This document shows, piece by piece, positions 32,320 through 42,900 of a stretch of DNA of 64,000 nt. Source of the DNA: a virus. Position 1 is the first letter of the stretch. Each line of letters starts with the position of its first letter. The notes beneath the pieces are model-generated. The model was not told the DNA's origin. It saw nothing but the letters and a program-made list of their open reading frames with translations, and made no database searches. The stretch lies in IMG/VR virus record IMGVR_UViG_3300045988_120991, positions 1 to 64,000 of that record; one strand, written 5' to 3'. A program made the position numbers and the translations under genes.

Positions 32320-33046
32320 TATGTTTGATGTAGATCAGCTTCAATTATATTTTGGAGACGACTATATTATCAATGACAGTATCAAGATCAAGCAACCCAC
32401 TATAGGTGATATTGTAAAATTTGGAGAAGCTCAATATTTTAGTATGGTACATACAATTACTGCAATTCCGTCAGACATGAAGTCTCAATTGTGGGACCTT
32501 GGTCTTGATTGGATGGAGATTGAAGATTTTGATTTGTTTATAATGTTGGCACCGACATTGCCAAAAGAAAAAACGGCATTATTGTTTGATGATTTAGATT
32601 TTACTAAATTGAAACCATATAGAAACCGTGAAAATGGCGATATTGTTTTGGCGGATTTAGAATCTGGTGTAAAGATTGATAAATTGATTTATTTAAGAAT
32701 CGTAAGTTATTTAAGAAAAGTTCATAACATTACGCCAAAAATTGAACGTGCAGCAAATAAAACAACAAAACAAATTCTTATTGATGAAGACAGAATGAAG
32801 ATTAGGTTAAATAAAGAAAAACCATTTAAATCATATTTATTGCCACTTATTTCTTCTGTAAAAGTTCGTATGGGATATACGAAGGAATATGTTAGAAATG
32901 AGGGGTTTGTTGAATTTTTTGATGATGTAAGTCGTCTACAGATTATCCACAATGCAGACCATCTTCTTGCTGGATGTTATGCAGGGACAATAGATATGAA
33001 GAAAATAAATAAGCAAGAATTGAATTGGATGAAAGAGATTAATTAG
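32309..33046 (+). CDS. virion structural protein (245 aa)
   Basis: ORF track. Overlaps the upstream gene by 11 nt. Confidence 0.7.
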   Translation: MNSDMFDVDQLQLYFGDDYIINDSIKIKQPTIGDIVKFGEAQYFSMVHTITAIPSDMKSQLWDLGLDWMEIEDFDLFIMLAPTLPKEKTALLFDDLDFTKLKPYRNRENGDIVLADLESGVKIDKLIYLRIVSYLRKVHNITPKIERAANKTTKQILIDEDRMKIRLNKEKPFKSYLLPLISSVKVRMGYTKEYVRNEGFVEFFDDVSRLQIIHNADHLLAGCYAGTIDMKKINKQELNWMKEIN

Positions 33047-33089
33047 TCTCTTCATAATATTAAAATTATTTTTATAGGAGGAAATTATT

Positions 33090-33872
33090 ATGGCTTTTGA
33101 TATTAATAACTTTGTAATTGATAGAGTAACTCGTGGTGTTGCTCTATCCCAGAAGGATGATAGTGTACTATTCTCTATTAACCAGATGCAGAATGTTTCT
33201 CTAAACTGCGCTTCTGAGTCCACAGATGCTGTTGATGCACTAGGCACTCCTATTGCTACTTTCTATCGTGCTAAGAGCGCAGAGTTTTCTGCAGAGAACG
33301 CCATCTTCGACATGAATCTAATGGCTACTCAGCTAGGTACTGCTAAGAAGGTTGCTAGCTCTGGTTCTAAAATTACCGCTCCTGCTATGGAGAGCTTTAC
33401 TTATGGTACTGGCACTTATGAACTAAAGCATGCTCCAAAGGTTGCGCCAAATGAGATTTATGTACTAAACGGCGATAGTACCTTTGGTAAGAAGTTCAAG
33501 AAAGGTACTAATGCTTCTGACTCCGAGTTCTCTATTGCCGACAAGACGGTGAAACTACCTACTGGTCTAAATGCCGATGATGAATTATTTGTAATGTACG
33601 ATTATGAGACCGAGAGCGCTGTTGAAGTTGTCAACTCCGCCACCGAATTCCCTGTAGGCTGCAAGTTCATCATGGAAGTTCTTGGTTGTGACGTATGTGA
33701 CCAGACTACCTTAGTCCACGCTTACGTAATTTTCAATAACTTTAAGCTATCTCCTGATTTTGACTGGAGCATTGCAACCGATGGTGCTCACCCCTTCAGC
33801 GGTAAGGCTCAGCAGGCTTACTGTGATAAGGAGAAGAGACTATTCTCCATCGTTATTCCTAGCGAGGAATAA
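33090..33872 (+). CDS. abundant virion protein (putative major tail/tube protein)
   Basis: Strong RBS, capsid-like codon bias and a strong terminator directly after. The function is a guess. Confidence 0.4.
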   Translation: MAFDINNFVIDRVTRGVALSQKDDSVLFSINQMQNVSLNCASESTDAVDALGTPIATFYRAKSAEFSAENAIFDMNLMATQLGTAKKVASSGSKITAPAMESFTYGTGTYELKHAPKVAPNEIYVLNGDSTFGKKFKKGTNASDSEFSIADKTVKLPTGLNADDELFVMYDYETESAVEVVNSATEFPVGCKFIMEVLGCDVCDQTTLVHAYVIFNNFKLSPDFDWSIATDGAHPFSGKAQQAYCDKEKRLFSIVIPSEE

Positions 33873-33901
33873 TTTAAGGTACTTAATTCGTAAAGGCCCC
33901 T

Positions 33902-33931
33902 GTTATCTCTCAGGGGCCTTTATGTAGTATA
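33902..33931 (+). terminator. rho-independent terminator
   Basis: AAAGGCCCCTG-N8-CAGGGGCCTTT (11-bp stem). Confidence 0.75.
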
Positions 33932-33968
33932 AAAAGAGAAACAAACTAACATAAAGGAGTGATAGCGA

Positions 33969-34289
33969 ATGAGATATCCACGCAGATGTCTATGTTGCAA
34001 TACAACGTATGAGTATTGCCCTTCGTGCTATGACTATCGCAATCTTCCACTATGGATGAATTCCTTCCATAATGAGAACTGCAAGAATATTTTTGAAATA
34101 TGTACAAATTATAATTTTAAGTTAATCACCAAAGAGCAGGCAAAGAAGGCACTATCTAATTGTGATCTATCTAATCGTGCCAGCTTTAGTGACTGCGTAA
34201 AACGTGATGTAGATGCCATCATGACAGAAGAGAATTCTACTGAGAACTTTTCTTTTAAAAAGGTAAAGTATTCAGATAAGGCTGAATAA
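33969..34289 (+). CDS. Cys-rich protein (106 aa)
   Basis: CLCCNTTYEYCPSC motif. AAAGGAG upstream. Confidence 0.7.
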   Translation: MRYPRRCLCCNTTYEYCPSCYDYRNLPLWMNSFHNENCKNIFEICTNYNFKLITKEQAKKALSNCDLSNRASFSDCVKRDVDAIMTEENSTENFSFKKVKYSDKAE

Positions 34290-34321
34290 GCCACACACGA
34301 AGTAGTTGCAAATAAAATAAC

Positions 34322-34364
34322 AAGGTGTTGAAGTTTCGTGTGGAACTCAACACCTTATTTTTTT
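34322..34364 (+). terminator. rho-independent terminator
   Basis: AAGGTGTTGA...TCAACACCTT stem followed by ATTTTTTT. Confidence 0.8.
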
Positions 34365-34389
34365 ACATAGATTAAAAGGAGAAAGAACA

Positions 34390-34614
34390 ATGTCGATTGC
34401 AAAAAGCAATATAATTCCAGGCGTACAATATCAAACAGATTCTGTCGCATATATCGCTAATATGAAACAGTCATATTTGTATCTTCGTAATGGAGCAAAT
34501 CTGCTTGATATTCTTTATTTTAATACAAAGGCAGACTCGCTAGTCTTCGTATTTGAGAAGAATGATGACCTGCGGGAATTATATAAGAAATGGAATAATC
34601 ATGAACTTGAATAA
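34390..34614 (+). CDS. hypothetical protein (74 aa), paralog-like to 20474..20680
   Basis: YLYLRNGANLLDI...LVFVFEKNDDLRELYKKW. Confidence 0.75.
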   Translation: MSIAKSNIIPGVQYQTDSVAYIANMKQSYLYLRNGANLLDILYFNTKADSLVFVFEKNDDLRELYKKWNNHELE

Positions 34615-34635
34615 TTTATAAGGGAGGTGGTGTAA

Positions 34636-35178
34636 TTGGCAAATCAAGATTCAACTTTTGCAACTATTATAATTGGTGTTAAGCATAATAGATTATCTGT
34701 AGTGAGAAGTGCTATTGGAACGAGTGGAATTATTGACACATTAATGTGCAAATTTGAATTTAGAACCACCGATTGGGCTGGCATTCAAAAGATGGCAGTA
34801 TTTCAGAGCATGAGTGATTATGTAAAGCATAAAGATGAAAATAAAGTTATTGTTCCATTAAATGAGCAAGGGGAATGTTATGTTCCTGCCGATGTTATGA
34901 CTGGCCAAGGAGAATTTTTAATTGGTGTATTTGGTGTATATGATAACAATAGTAGAATCGTTTCAAACTTTTTGGCATTTAAATGTGATAAAGGCTGTTA
35001 TTGCATTGGATCTACACCTGGTGGCACTACTCCCAGTGATTATGCAGAAATTATTGCTTTAATAGATAAAAAGCAGGATGTATTAATTCCCGGTGATGGA
35101 ATAAGCATTGATGAAAATAATGTAATAAGTTGTACTTGCGAAATTACACTAATAAACGGAGGTGACAGCAATGAGTAA
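34636..35178 (+). CDS. tail-module protein (180 aa)
   Basis: TTG start with GGGAGGTGG upstream. ORF track. Confidence 0.65.
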   Translation: MANQDSTFATIIIGVKHNRLSVVRSAIGTSGIIDTLMCKFEFRTTDWAGIQKMAVFQSMSDYVKHKDENKVIVPLNEQGECYVPADVMTGQGEFLIGVFGVYDNNSRIVSNFLAFKCDKGCYCIGSTPGGTTPSDYAEIIALIDKKQDVLIPGDGISIDENNVISCTCEITLINGGDSNE

Positions 35179-35719
35179 GACATTGAATAATGTTAGAATT
35201 CAACTCAGAAATGATACCGCCACCAATTGGCAAAATTCCACTGTGGTGCTACTGCCTGGTGAATTTGCCGTAGAAAATGATACTGGTTTATTCAAAATTG
35301 GTAATGGAACTGATGTTTTTAAGGATTTAAAATATGCAAATAAGGCTGGAGAAACTTCTCAAGAGCTGGAGAATTTAAAAGCTCAAATTGGTGATATTCC
35401 AGAAGGAAAAACCATAATCAAAATGATTGAGGAAGCGGCTTATGACGATACTACATTGTCCGGCAAAGTAACTGTAAATGAACAGGCGATTGCCTCTTTG
35501 AATAGCAAAATGGACAATATTGAGGCTGGTTCTGTAACATCCGTGAATGGTAAAACTGGCGAGGTTACTATTGCAGCCTCAGATTTAATTAAGTCTTCTT
35601 CTGACACAAATAAAATATCTATTGCTGAAGATGGAACACTTGAAGTTAATTCACTGACTTTTGATAAAATTATGCAATCAGAAGGCGATGAAATTATTCT
35701 TTCTGGTGGCGGAGCCTAA
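35171..35719 (+). CDS. tail fibre protein with HylP/Mtd-type N-terminal domain
   Basis: VRIQLRNDTATNWQNSTVVLLPGEFAVENDTGLFKIGNGTDVFKDLKY. ATG at 35171 with GGAGG 8 nt upstream. Confidence 0.7.
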   Translation: MSKTLNNVRIQLRNDTATNWQNSTVVLLPGEFAVENDTGLFKIGNGTDVFKDLKYANKAGETSQELENLKAQIGDIPEGKTIIKMIEEAAYDDTTLSGKVTVNEQAIASLNSKMDNIEAGSVTSVNGKTGEVTIAASDLIKSSSDTNKISIAEDGTLEVNSLTFDKIMQSEGDEIILSGGGA

Positions 35720-35743
35720 TTTTTAAAGGAGGGTTTTATTCAT

Positions 35744-37006
35744 ATGGCGACTAAAACACTAAATACGAGAATTATTATGAGAAACGACACCGCAGAGAAT
35801 TGGACTACTAAGAATCCAACTCTATCAAAGGGCGAATTTGGTGTCGAAAATGATACTAACAAGTTTAAGATTGGTGACGGAGCTACTGCATGGAAGGAAC
35901 TAGCCTATGCTGGTGCAGATGAAACCGTTATCAAATCTATTATTAACGCAAACCGCGACGCCTGTACTTATGTTGACTTAACCGAAGGGCAGGAAGATGC
36001 AGATGGCCTAGCCACTATCACATCTCCAAAACAGGGTGATACCGCTATTGTTCGCAAGGCCATTGATGATACTCATAAGTCTTATACTGCTTATGTTTAT
36101 ACTGGTACAGCTTGGTCTGCCATGGATGGCAACTATAATGCAGATAATGTCTATCTTGATATGGATATCACTATGGCTGGTAACTATACTCAGGTTGGTA
36201 ACTTAACCAAAACTCAGAATGGTACAGCTACTTTTGCCACGAAAGGCAAGTCTATTGCTGCGGCTCTAACCGACATTTTCTCTAAGCGTCTACAGCCCGG
36301 TACTCCTACCGCTCCTGCAGTAGCTCTAACTTTCGGTCAGGCTAAGGCTTACGAAGTTGGTACTACTGTATCTCCTTCTTATTCTGCTACTCTAAGCGCA
36401 GGTTCTTATACCTATGGCCCTGCTACTGGTATTACTGCCACTTCTTGGGAGATTACTGATACTGCCGGAAATACTGCGGATACTGCTACTGGTTCTTTTG
36501 CTGATGTAGTCGTTGCTGATAATACCAATTATAAAATTACTGCAAAGGCTAATTATGGTGAAGGTACAGTTGCTAAGGATAACTTAGGTTCTGATTCTAA
36601 TCCTGTAGTCAAGATTGCCGCTGGTTCTGCCACTAAGACTTCTGGTGCTATTACAGGTTATCGTAATACTTTCTATGGCACTGTAGCTGAAAAAGCTGAA
36701 GTTACTAGCACTATTATTCGTGGACTGTCTGGTAAATCTAATGCAGCATGGTCAAATGGTAAGTCTTTTACTGTTAATATTCCTGTTGGCGCAGTTCGTG
36801 TAATTTTTGCATATCCCGCTACTCTACAGGATGTCAGCTCTGTAAAGGACGTAAATGGCCTAAACGCTGAGATTAAGAGCGCTTTCACCAAGTCTGCGGT
36901 AACTGTAGCTGGTGCCGGTGCTGATGCTGGTATTGAATATAAGGTATATGTAACTGACTTTGCAGAACCTGTTGCAAAGGCTAATTCTTATACGGTGAAA
37001 ATCTGA
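35744..37006 (+). CDS. tail fibre protein with HylP/Mtd-type N-terminal domain
   Basis: TRIIMRNDTAENWTTKNPTLSKGEFGVENDTNKFKIGDGATAWKELAY. Confidence 0.7.
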   Translation: MATKTLNTRIIMRNDTAENWTTKNPTLSKGEFGVENDTNKFKIGDGATAWKELAYAGADETVIKSIINANRDACTYVDLTEGQEDADGLATITSPKQGDTAIVRKAIDDTHKSYTAYVYTGTAWSAMDGNYNADNVYLDMDITMAGNYTQVGNLTKTQNGTATFATKGKSIAAALTDIFSKRLQPGTPTAPAVALTFGQAKAYEVGTTVSPSYSATLSAGSYTYGPATGITATSWEITDTAGNTADTATGSFADVVVADNTNYKITAKANYGEGTVAKDNLGSDSNPVVKIAAGSATKTSGAITGYRNTFYGTVAEKAEVTSTIIRGLSGKSNAAWSNGKSFTVNIPVGAVRVIFAYPATLQDVSSVKDVNGLNAEIKSAFTKSAVTVAGAGADAGIEYKVYVTDFAEPVAKANSYTVKI

Positions 37007-37024
37007 TAAAGGAGGAGAAAGATT

Positions 37025-38329
37025 ATGGCTATGACTTTTGGTACACTTGATTTTGCTGTTGCTTTTAACCGCCAGACGGCTTTCCCTCTGGATGCTAAAA
37101 GCTATTTTGAAAGCTTAGAACTTGCTACCACCGCCGCTGCTTCCGCACAAGAGGCTGGTAGTTCTGAAACTACTTATTATTTTGGTCAGACTATTGCTGT
37201 TGTTGAGGGTGGTAAGGCTACTCTTTATGTAATTCAACCTGATAAGACTCTGAAAGAGGTTGGAGGAAATATTCTTATCAATGAGAATGTTTTTGCCAAG
37301 GACGAAAATGGTGTTTTGAATCTACTTGGTTTTGCCGATGCAGTTGGTGGCGCTCAGTTAGTAAAGACTGAAGACGGTAAGATTTCTTGGGTTAAACCAG
37401 ATACCACTACCGTTGAAGGTCTATCTACTGCTATCGAGTCACTAAAGACTGTTGTTGGTGATGATAAAGGTGGTCTTGTAAAGCAGGTTTCTGACAACAA
37501 GGCAGCTATTGATACACTTAATGGTGACAAAACTGTATCTGGTTCTGTCGCTTATCAGATTGCACAGATTGTTGCCGATGCAGATGAGAGTTTTGATACT
37601 CTAAAAGAAATCGCAGATTGGATTACGACTCATAAGACCGATGCGGCTACAATGAATTCTCAGATTAACACCAACAAGGATGATATTTCAGCTTTAAAAA
37701 CAAAAGTTGGTGATACTTCTGTCGCAGATCAAATTGACGCTGCTCTAAAAGATGGTGATAGCAATAAGTATGCACTAAGCTCTGACTTAGATACTGCTAA
37801 TGGCAAGATTACTTCCCTACAGGAACTAGTTGGAGAAACAAAGGTTGAAACTCAGATTTCTACCGCACTTGACTCTGCTCTAAAGGTCGACGGTGCTGAA
37901 AAGTATGCACCAGCTTCTCACACTCATGAGATTGCTAATGTCACTGGTCTTCAGGGTGTACTTGATGGCAAGGCCTCTGCCTCTGATGTAGAGGCACTAC
38001 AATCTGACGTTGATGGATTAAAGGCTAAGGCCCATGAACACGCCAACAAGACTGTTCTTGACGGTATTACTGAGGATAAGGTTAATTCTTGGGATGCCGC
38101 TCAGCCCAACGTTATCGAGTCTATCAAGATTGGCGGAGCCGCTCTAACTGTTGGTGCAGATAAGGCCGTAAGTATTCCTGCTGCAACTGCTGAGGCTCTT
38201 GGTCTTGTTAAGGCCGACGGAGCGACCATTGAGTCCACCGACGGTGTACTCAGTGTTAAGGCTGTTGGCATTAGCAAGGTCTTCGTCGAGGATGGCGTTG
38301 AGCTTGTTATGGACGGCGGTAATGCTTAA
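37025..38329 (+). CDS. tail fibre protein (coiled-coil/repeat shaft)
   Basis: Fibre-like A/T/G/V-rich composition, an HTH (HxH) motif and a repetitive shaft. Confidence 0.6.
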   Translation: MAMTFGTLDFAVAFNRQTAFPLDAKSYFESLELATTAAASAQEAGSSETTYYFGQTIAVVEGGKATLYVIQPDKTLKEVGGNILINENVFAKDENGVLNLLGFADAVGGAQLVKTEDGKISWVKPDTTTVEGLSTAIESLKTVVGDDKGGLVKQVSDNKAAIDTLNGDKTVSGSVAYQIAQIVADADESFDTLKEIADWITTHKTDAATMNSQINTNKDDISALKTKVGDTSVADQIDAALKDGDSNKYALSSDLDTANGKITSLQELVGETKVETQISTALDSALKVDGAEKYAPASHTHEIANVTGLQGVLDGKASASDVEALQSDVDGLKAKAHEHANKTVLDGITEDKVNSWDAAQPNVIESIKIGGAALTVGADKAVSIPAATAEALGLVKADGATIESTDGVLSVKAVGISKVFVEDGVELVMDGGNA

Positions 38330-38363
38330 TTATTATTTTATGATTTAAAGGAGATTGACATAT

Positions 38364-39881
38364 ATGGCTAATAAGACTTTTAATACACGTATTAAGAACA
38401 AAATTGATACTTATGCGAATTGGATTGATAAAGATCCTGTCCTGCTTAATGGTGAAATTGCCGTTGTAGTTATCCCTGCCGAAACTGGTGCTGTACAGGG
38501 CGAACCTGTTACTCTATTTAAGGTCGGTGACGGCACTAAGAACTTTAGCCAGCTAGAGTTTACTGGTGCAAAGGCTGCTGATGTTTATGGTTGGGCTAAG
38601 GCTGCTACCAAGCCAACGTATTCTGCTACCGAAATTACTGGTCTAGAAGCTTATATTGGTGAGAAGATTCAGGATACTGATACCCAGTATAAGCTAGAGG
38701 CTGATGCTGAAGATGGCCACAAGTTCTATCTATATTCCAAAGCCAAGGGTGATGAGGCTTTTGGTACTACGCCTGTAAGCACTATCACTATTCCTGAGAC
38801 TGTATATACTCTAGCTACTGGTACTGCCAATGGTACTGTTAAGTTTAATGGCGAGGATGTAGCTGTTAAGGGTCTAGGCTCTGCTGCTTATACCGACTCT
38901 ACTGCTTATGATACTAAGGGTGCCGCTCAGACCGCAGAAGACAATGCTAAGGCTTATGCTGACGGCAAAGACACTGCTATTGCAGCAGCTAAGAAGGCCG
39001 GCACTGATGCTCAGGATACTGTTAACGCTCTATCTGGTAAGGTGGGCACAGTCCCTGAAAACAAGACTGTTGTTGAAATGATTTCTGATGCTCAGGCTGC
39101 TGCAACTTATAATGATACCGAGGTTAAGGCCGGCATCAAGGCCAATGCTGATGCTATTACTAAGCTAAATGGCACTTCTGCAGTTGAAGGTTCTGTTGAT
39201 AAGAAGGTGGCAGACGCTATTAATGAGTTTGCTACTAAGGTTAGCGATGACCAGACTGTTAACACCTTTAAGGAGCTAATTGATTATGCCGCTGACCATA
39301 AGGACGAGTATAGCACTCTGTCTGGCGAAGTTCAGGCTAACAAGACTGCTATTGCCACTCTAAACGGCAAAGATACTGACGCTGGTTCTGTAGCAAAGAC
39401 TGTTAAGGATGCCGTTGATGCCGCACAGGCTACCCTTCAGGGCAACATTGACAAGAAGGTTGACAAGGTAGAAGGTAAGGGTCTATCTACCAATGATTAT
39501 ACCACTGACGAGAAGACCAAGCTAGAAGGCATCGCCTCTGGTGCTCAGGCCAACGTCATTGAGACTGTTAAGGTTAATGGTGTTGCACTAACTCCTGCCG
39601 ACAAAGCTGTTGACGTTACTGTTCCTACTGGTACTCTTGCTAGTAAGGATAAGGTTGCCGAAACCGACCTTGTAGACACTCTTGCTACAAAGATCAATGG
39701 TAAGCTAGATGCTTCTGAGGTTACTGGGGACCTTCTGACTCATAACGCTTCTGAGTTTGCTACCGCTGATCATAACCATGACACCGTTTATTCTAAGCTA
39801 GACCACAATCATAAGATTGAGGATCTAGAGCAGAGCGCTTATATTATTTTCGACTGTGGTACTGCTAGTACCATTATCTAA
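38364..39881 (+). CDS. tail fibre protein with HylP/Mtd-type N-terminal domain
   Basis: ANKTFNTRIKNKIDTYANWIDKDPVLLNGE..FKVGDGTKNF. Also GKGLSTNDYTTDEKTKLEGI and HNH/HNH motifs. Start ATG at 38364. Confidence 0.7.
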   Translation: MANKTFNTRIKNKIDTYANWIDKDPVLLNGEIAVVVIPAETGAVQGEPVTLFKVGDGTKNFSQLEFTGAKAADVYGWAKAATKPTYSATEITGLEAYIGEKIQDTDTQYKLEADAEDGHKFYLYSKAKGDEAFGTTPVSTITIPETVYTLATGTANGTVKFNGEDVAVKGLGSAAYTDSTAYDTKGAAQTAEDNAKAYADGKDTAIAAAKKAGTDAQDTVNALSGKVGTVPENKTVVEMISDAQAAATYNDTEVKAGIKANADAITKLNGTSAVEGSVDKKVADAINEFATKVSDDQTVNTFKELIDYAADHKDEYSTLSGEVQANKTAIATLNGKDTDAGSVAKTVKDAVDAAQATLQGNIDKKVDKVEGKGLSTNDYTTDEKTKLEGIASGAQANVIETVKVNGVALTPADKAVDVTVPTGTLASKDKVAETDLVDTLATKINGKLDASEVTGDLLTHNASEFATADHNHDTVYSKLDHNHKIEDLEQSAYIIFDCGTASTII

Positions 39882-39916
39882 GTGGCATTGCCTCTTCACA
39901 TTAAGTAGTTTATTTA

Positions 39917-39949
39917 ATAGGAGGGGCATTACACCTCTCCTATTTTTTT
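39917..39949 (+). terminator. rho-independent terminator
   Basis: ATAGGAGGGG-N7-CCTCTCCTAT followed by TTTTTT. Confidence 0.8.
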
Positions 39950-39976
39950 AGACTATACAAGGAGGAATGAAAACTA

Positions 39977-42900
39977 ATGGCCTATATAAATAAAGTTACT
40001 GTTAGAGGCAGAACATACAATTTAGAGAATCTAACGGATGGTACTCACATTGTTAGATTGCCTACTTTAAGTGGAGATGATGTTTTTGTTACAGAAAAGA
40101 CATTACAAACCGGTGTAAAAGCATCTGAGCTTACTGATGGTACTCATACTGTTAGTTTGCCAAAAAATTTAACAAAAGATGATACATTCGTTCTACAAAG
40201 CGCACAAGATAAGGTTAATAACACTAAGGTTGATAAGGTGAATGGCAAGGGATTATCGACCAATGACTATACTACTCCAGAAAAGAATAAACTTTCTGGT
40301 ATTGAAGATGGAGCCAATAAATATATTCACCCTATCTATAACGCAAGAGTATCTGGTCTATATAAAATTACAGTTGATAGTACCGGTCATGTTAGTGATG
40401 TAAGCGAGGTTACAAAGGACGACATTACTGGCCTTGGTATAACTGATGGTACGGATGCAGTTACTCAGGCTAACGCATATACGAATAAGACTATTTCTGA
40501 ATATGAACCTTATTCTATTGAAGTTGTAGACACGCTACCAGAGTCTGGTGAAGACAGAACATTCTATCTTGTTCCTAACGAGTCTAAGACTGGTTATACG
40601 AAATACTGGTGGATTACTGACAATGGTGAACAAAAGTGGGATGAGTTTAAGGGTGCTTCTACTGTAGTTGTGACCGAACTTCCAACAACTGGTGAGAAAG
40701 AAACAGACTATATCCTACATTCTGATGCAGGATGTTTTTATTACAAATGGATTGACAACGAATGGAAGATGGTTGCAGGAACCGTTGCCCATATTGTAAA
40801 TGAATTACCACAGATCGGAAACGAATATTCAGATTACTATGTGAAAAACACCGATGATTCATATGTACATTATCGTTATATTGACGGTGCATTCTGCATA
40901 ATTGGTGGAGACACATATAACAAAACACAAGTAGATAATAAAATTTCAACATTAAAGACTGATATTGATTCAAATACAACAAACATTACTTCTCTAAGCC
41001 GCACAGTTGATGGTATCAGACAAGATTTGGATAGTCTAGATACAGAGGGTTATACTTACTACGCTACTTATGGCAATGCTACTCTTGCGACTGGAGACGA
41101 AGCAGAAAACGTATTTACACTTTATGAAGTTAAAAATGAAAAAGAAGAAGTTAAAAGTCAGTTTGTAATTACTGGTGGAGGTGGCGGAGGCACTACAACC
41201 ACTACTCTTAAGGTTGAGCGTATTACCGAGTCCCCCATTATTGTCACAACAACTGACAAAGTAGAAATAAGCTTCAACTATTCTTCAACAGATAGCGATG
41301 GAGAGTCAGTTGATGGTACTTGTACTTGGAAACTCGGAAATACCGTTCTATCCACTGGAGCATTAGTTCAGGGTGTTAATACTTTTGACATGACTGAACA
41401 TGTGAATATTGGCACTCAAAAATTTGTTTTAACAGTTGTGGACGCCGCTGGTAGTGTTGCAGTTAAATCTTGGACTGTGCAAAAGGTTGATGTCAGACTT
41501 GAATCTTCATTTAGCGACAAGATTGCATATGAAGCTAACAAGTCTGTGAACTTTACATATACACCATATGGTGCAATAAACAAAACTGTGCATTTTGTTC
41601 TTGATGGGGCTGAAATAGGGACTGTTGCTACAAGTTCATCTGGTACACTACAGTCTTATACACTCCCAGCTCAAGAACACGGAGCACATTTACTTGAGTG
41701 CTACATTACCGCAACGATTAACGGAAAGAGTGTTGAAACGGATCATATATTTAAGGATATAATTTGGTATGATGAAAATAGTGAGACCCCCGTCATTGGT
41801 TGTGTTTATAGATATGACCACTATGGCAAGGTGGAGGCTAAGCAGTATAACTCTACAAACATTCCATTCTATGTATTTGATCCAAAGACAGAAACACCAA
41901 CTATTACGAGAAGTGTTGACGGGAAGGTTATCGCAACTCAAACTATGTCTGGAACATCAGATGTTTGGGCGTATAAATCTTCTGATATTGGTGAACATAC
42001 GCTTACTATTACTTGTAAGAGTACAACACTAACGATTGTAATGGACATTAAGGAACTTGGCATTACTATTGAGCCAATTACTGCTAATCTCGCATTTGAC
42101 TTTAACCCAACTGGTCTATCGAACAGTGATGAAGACAGACTATGGAAAGATAATAGCACGAATGTCACTATGACTGTTTCTGATAATTTCGACTGGTCGA
42201 ATGGTGGTTATCAGATTGATAGTGATGGAAATCAATATTTCTGTGTAAAAGCTGGAACGACTGCGACTATTAATTATAACCTATTTGAGAGAGATGCAAA
42301 CACTTATGGTTCTGAGTTTAAGTGCATTTTTAAGACTACGAATGTTAGAAAAGCAAACGCAACGTTTTTGACTTGTCAAGCAGACTCTACCGTTGTTGGT
42401 CTGGAAATGAATGTTCATGAGGCATATTTGAGGTCCAGTATTAAGAGTCTGTATATTCCTTATAGTGAGGAAGATGTTATTGAGTTTGAGTTTAACATTA
42501 ACTCACTCGATAAAGATAATCCAGACGCAACGGCTATTATTATGAGTTATGAGGACGGTGTTGGCTTAAGACCAATGATTTATGATTCTACTCATAGGTT
42601 GTATCAGTACGAGCCTGTACCTATTACTATTGGCTCTACAGATTGTGATGTTCATATTTATCGTATGAAAGCTTATACTTCTGCTCTGACTGATTCTAAC
42701 ATTCTTTCTAACTTTATTGCAGATGCCAGAGATTCTGATGAAATGATTGCAAGATATAACCGTAATCAGATTTATGATGAAAACAATGCTTTAACTCCTG
42801 AATCTGTAGCAAATGCTTGTCCTCAGTTGAGGGTCATTAAGATTGAGTGTCCACACTTTACTAATGATAAGAAAGACTATGTTAAGGGAACGAATGTTGA

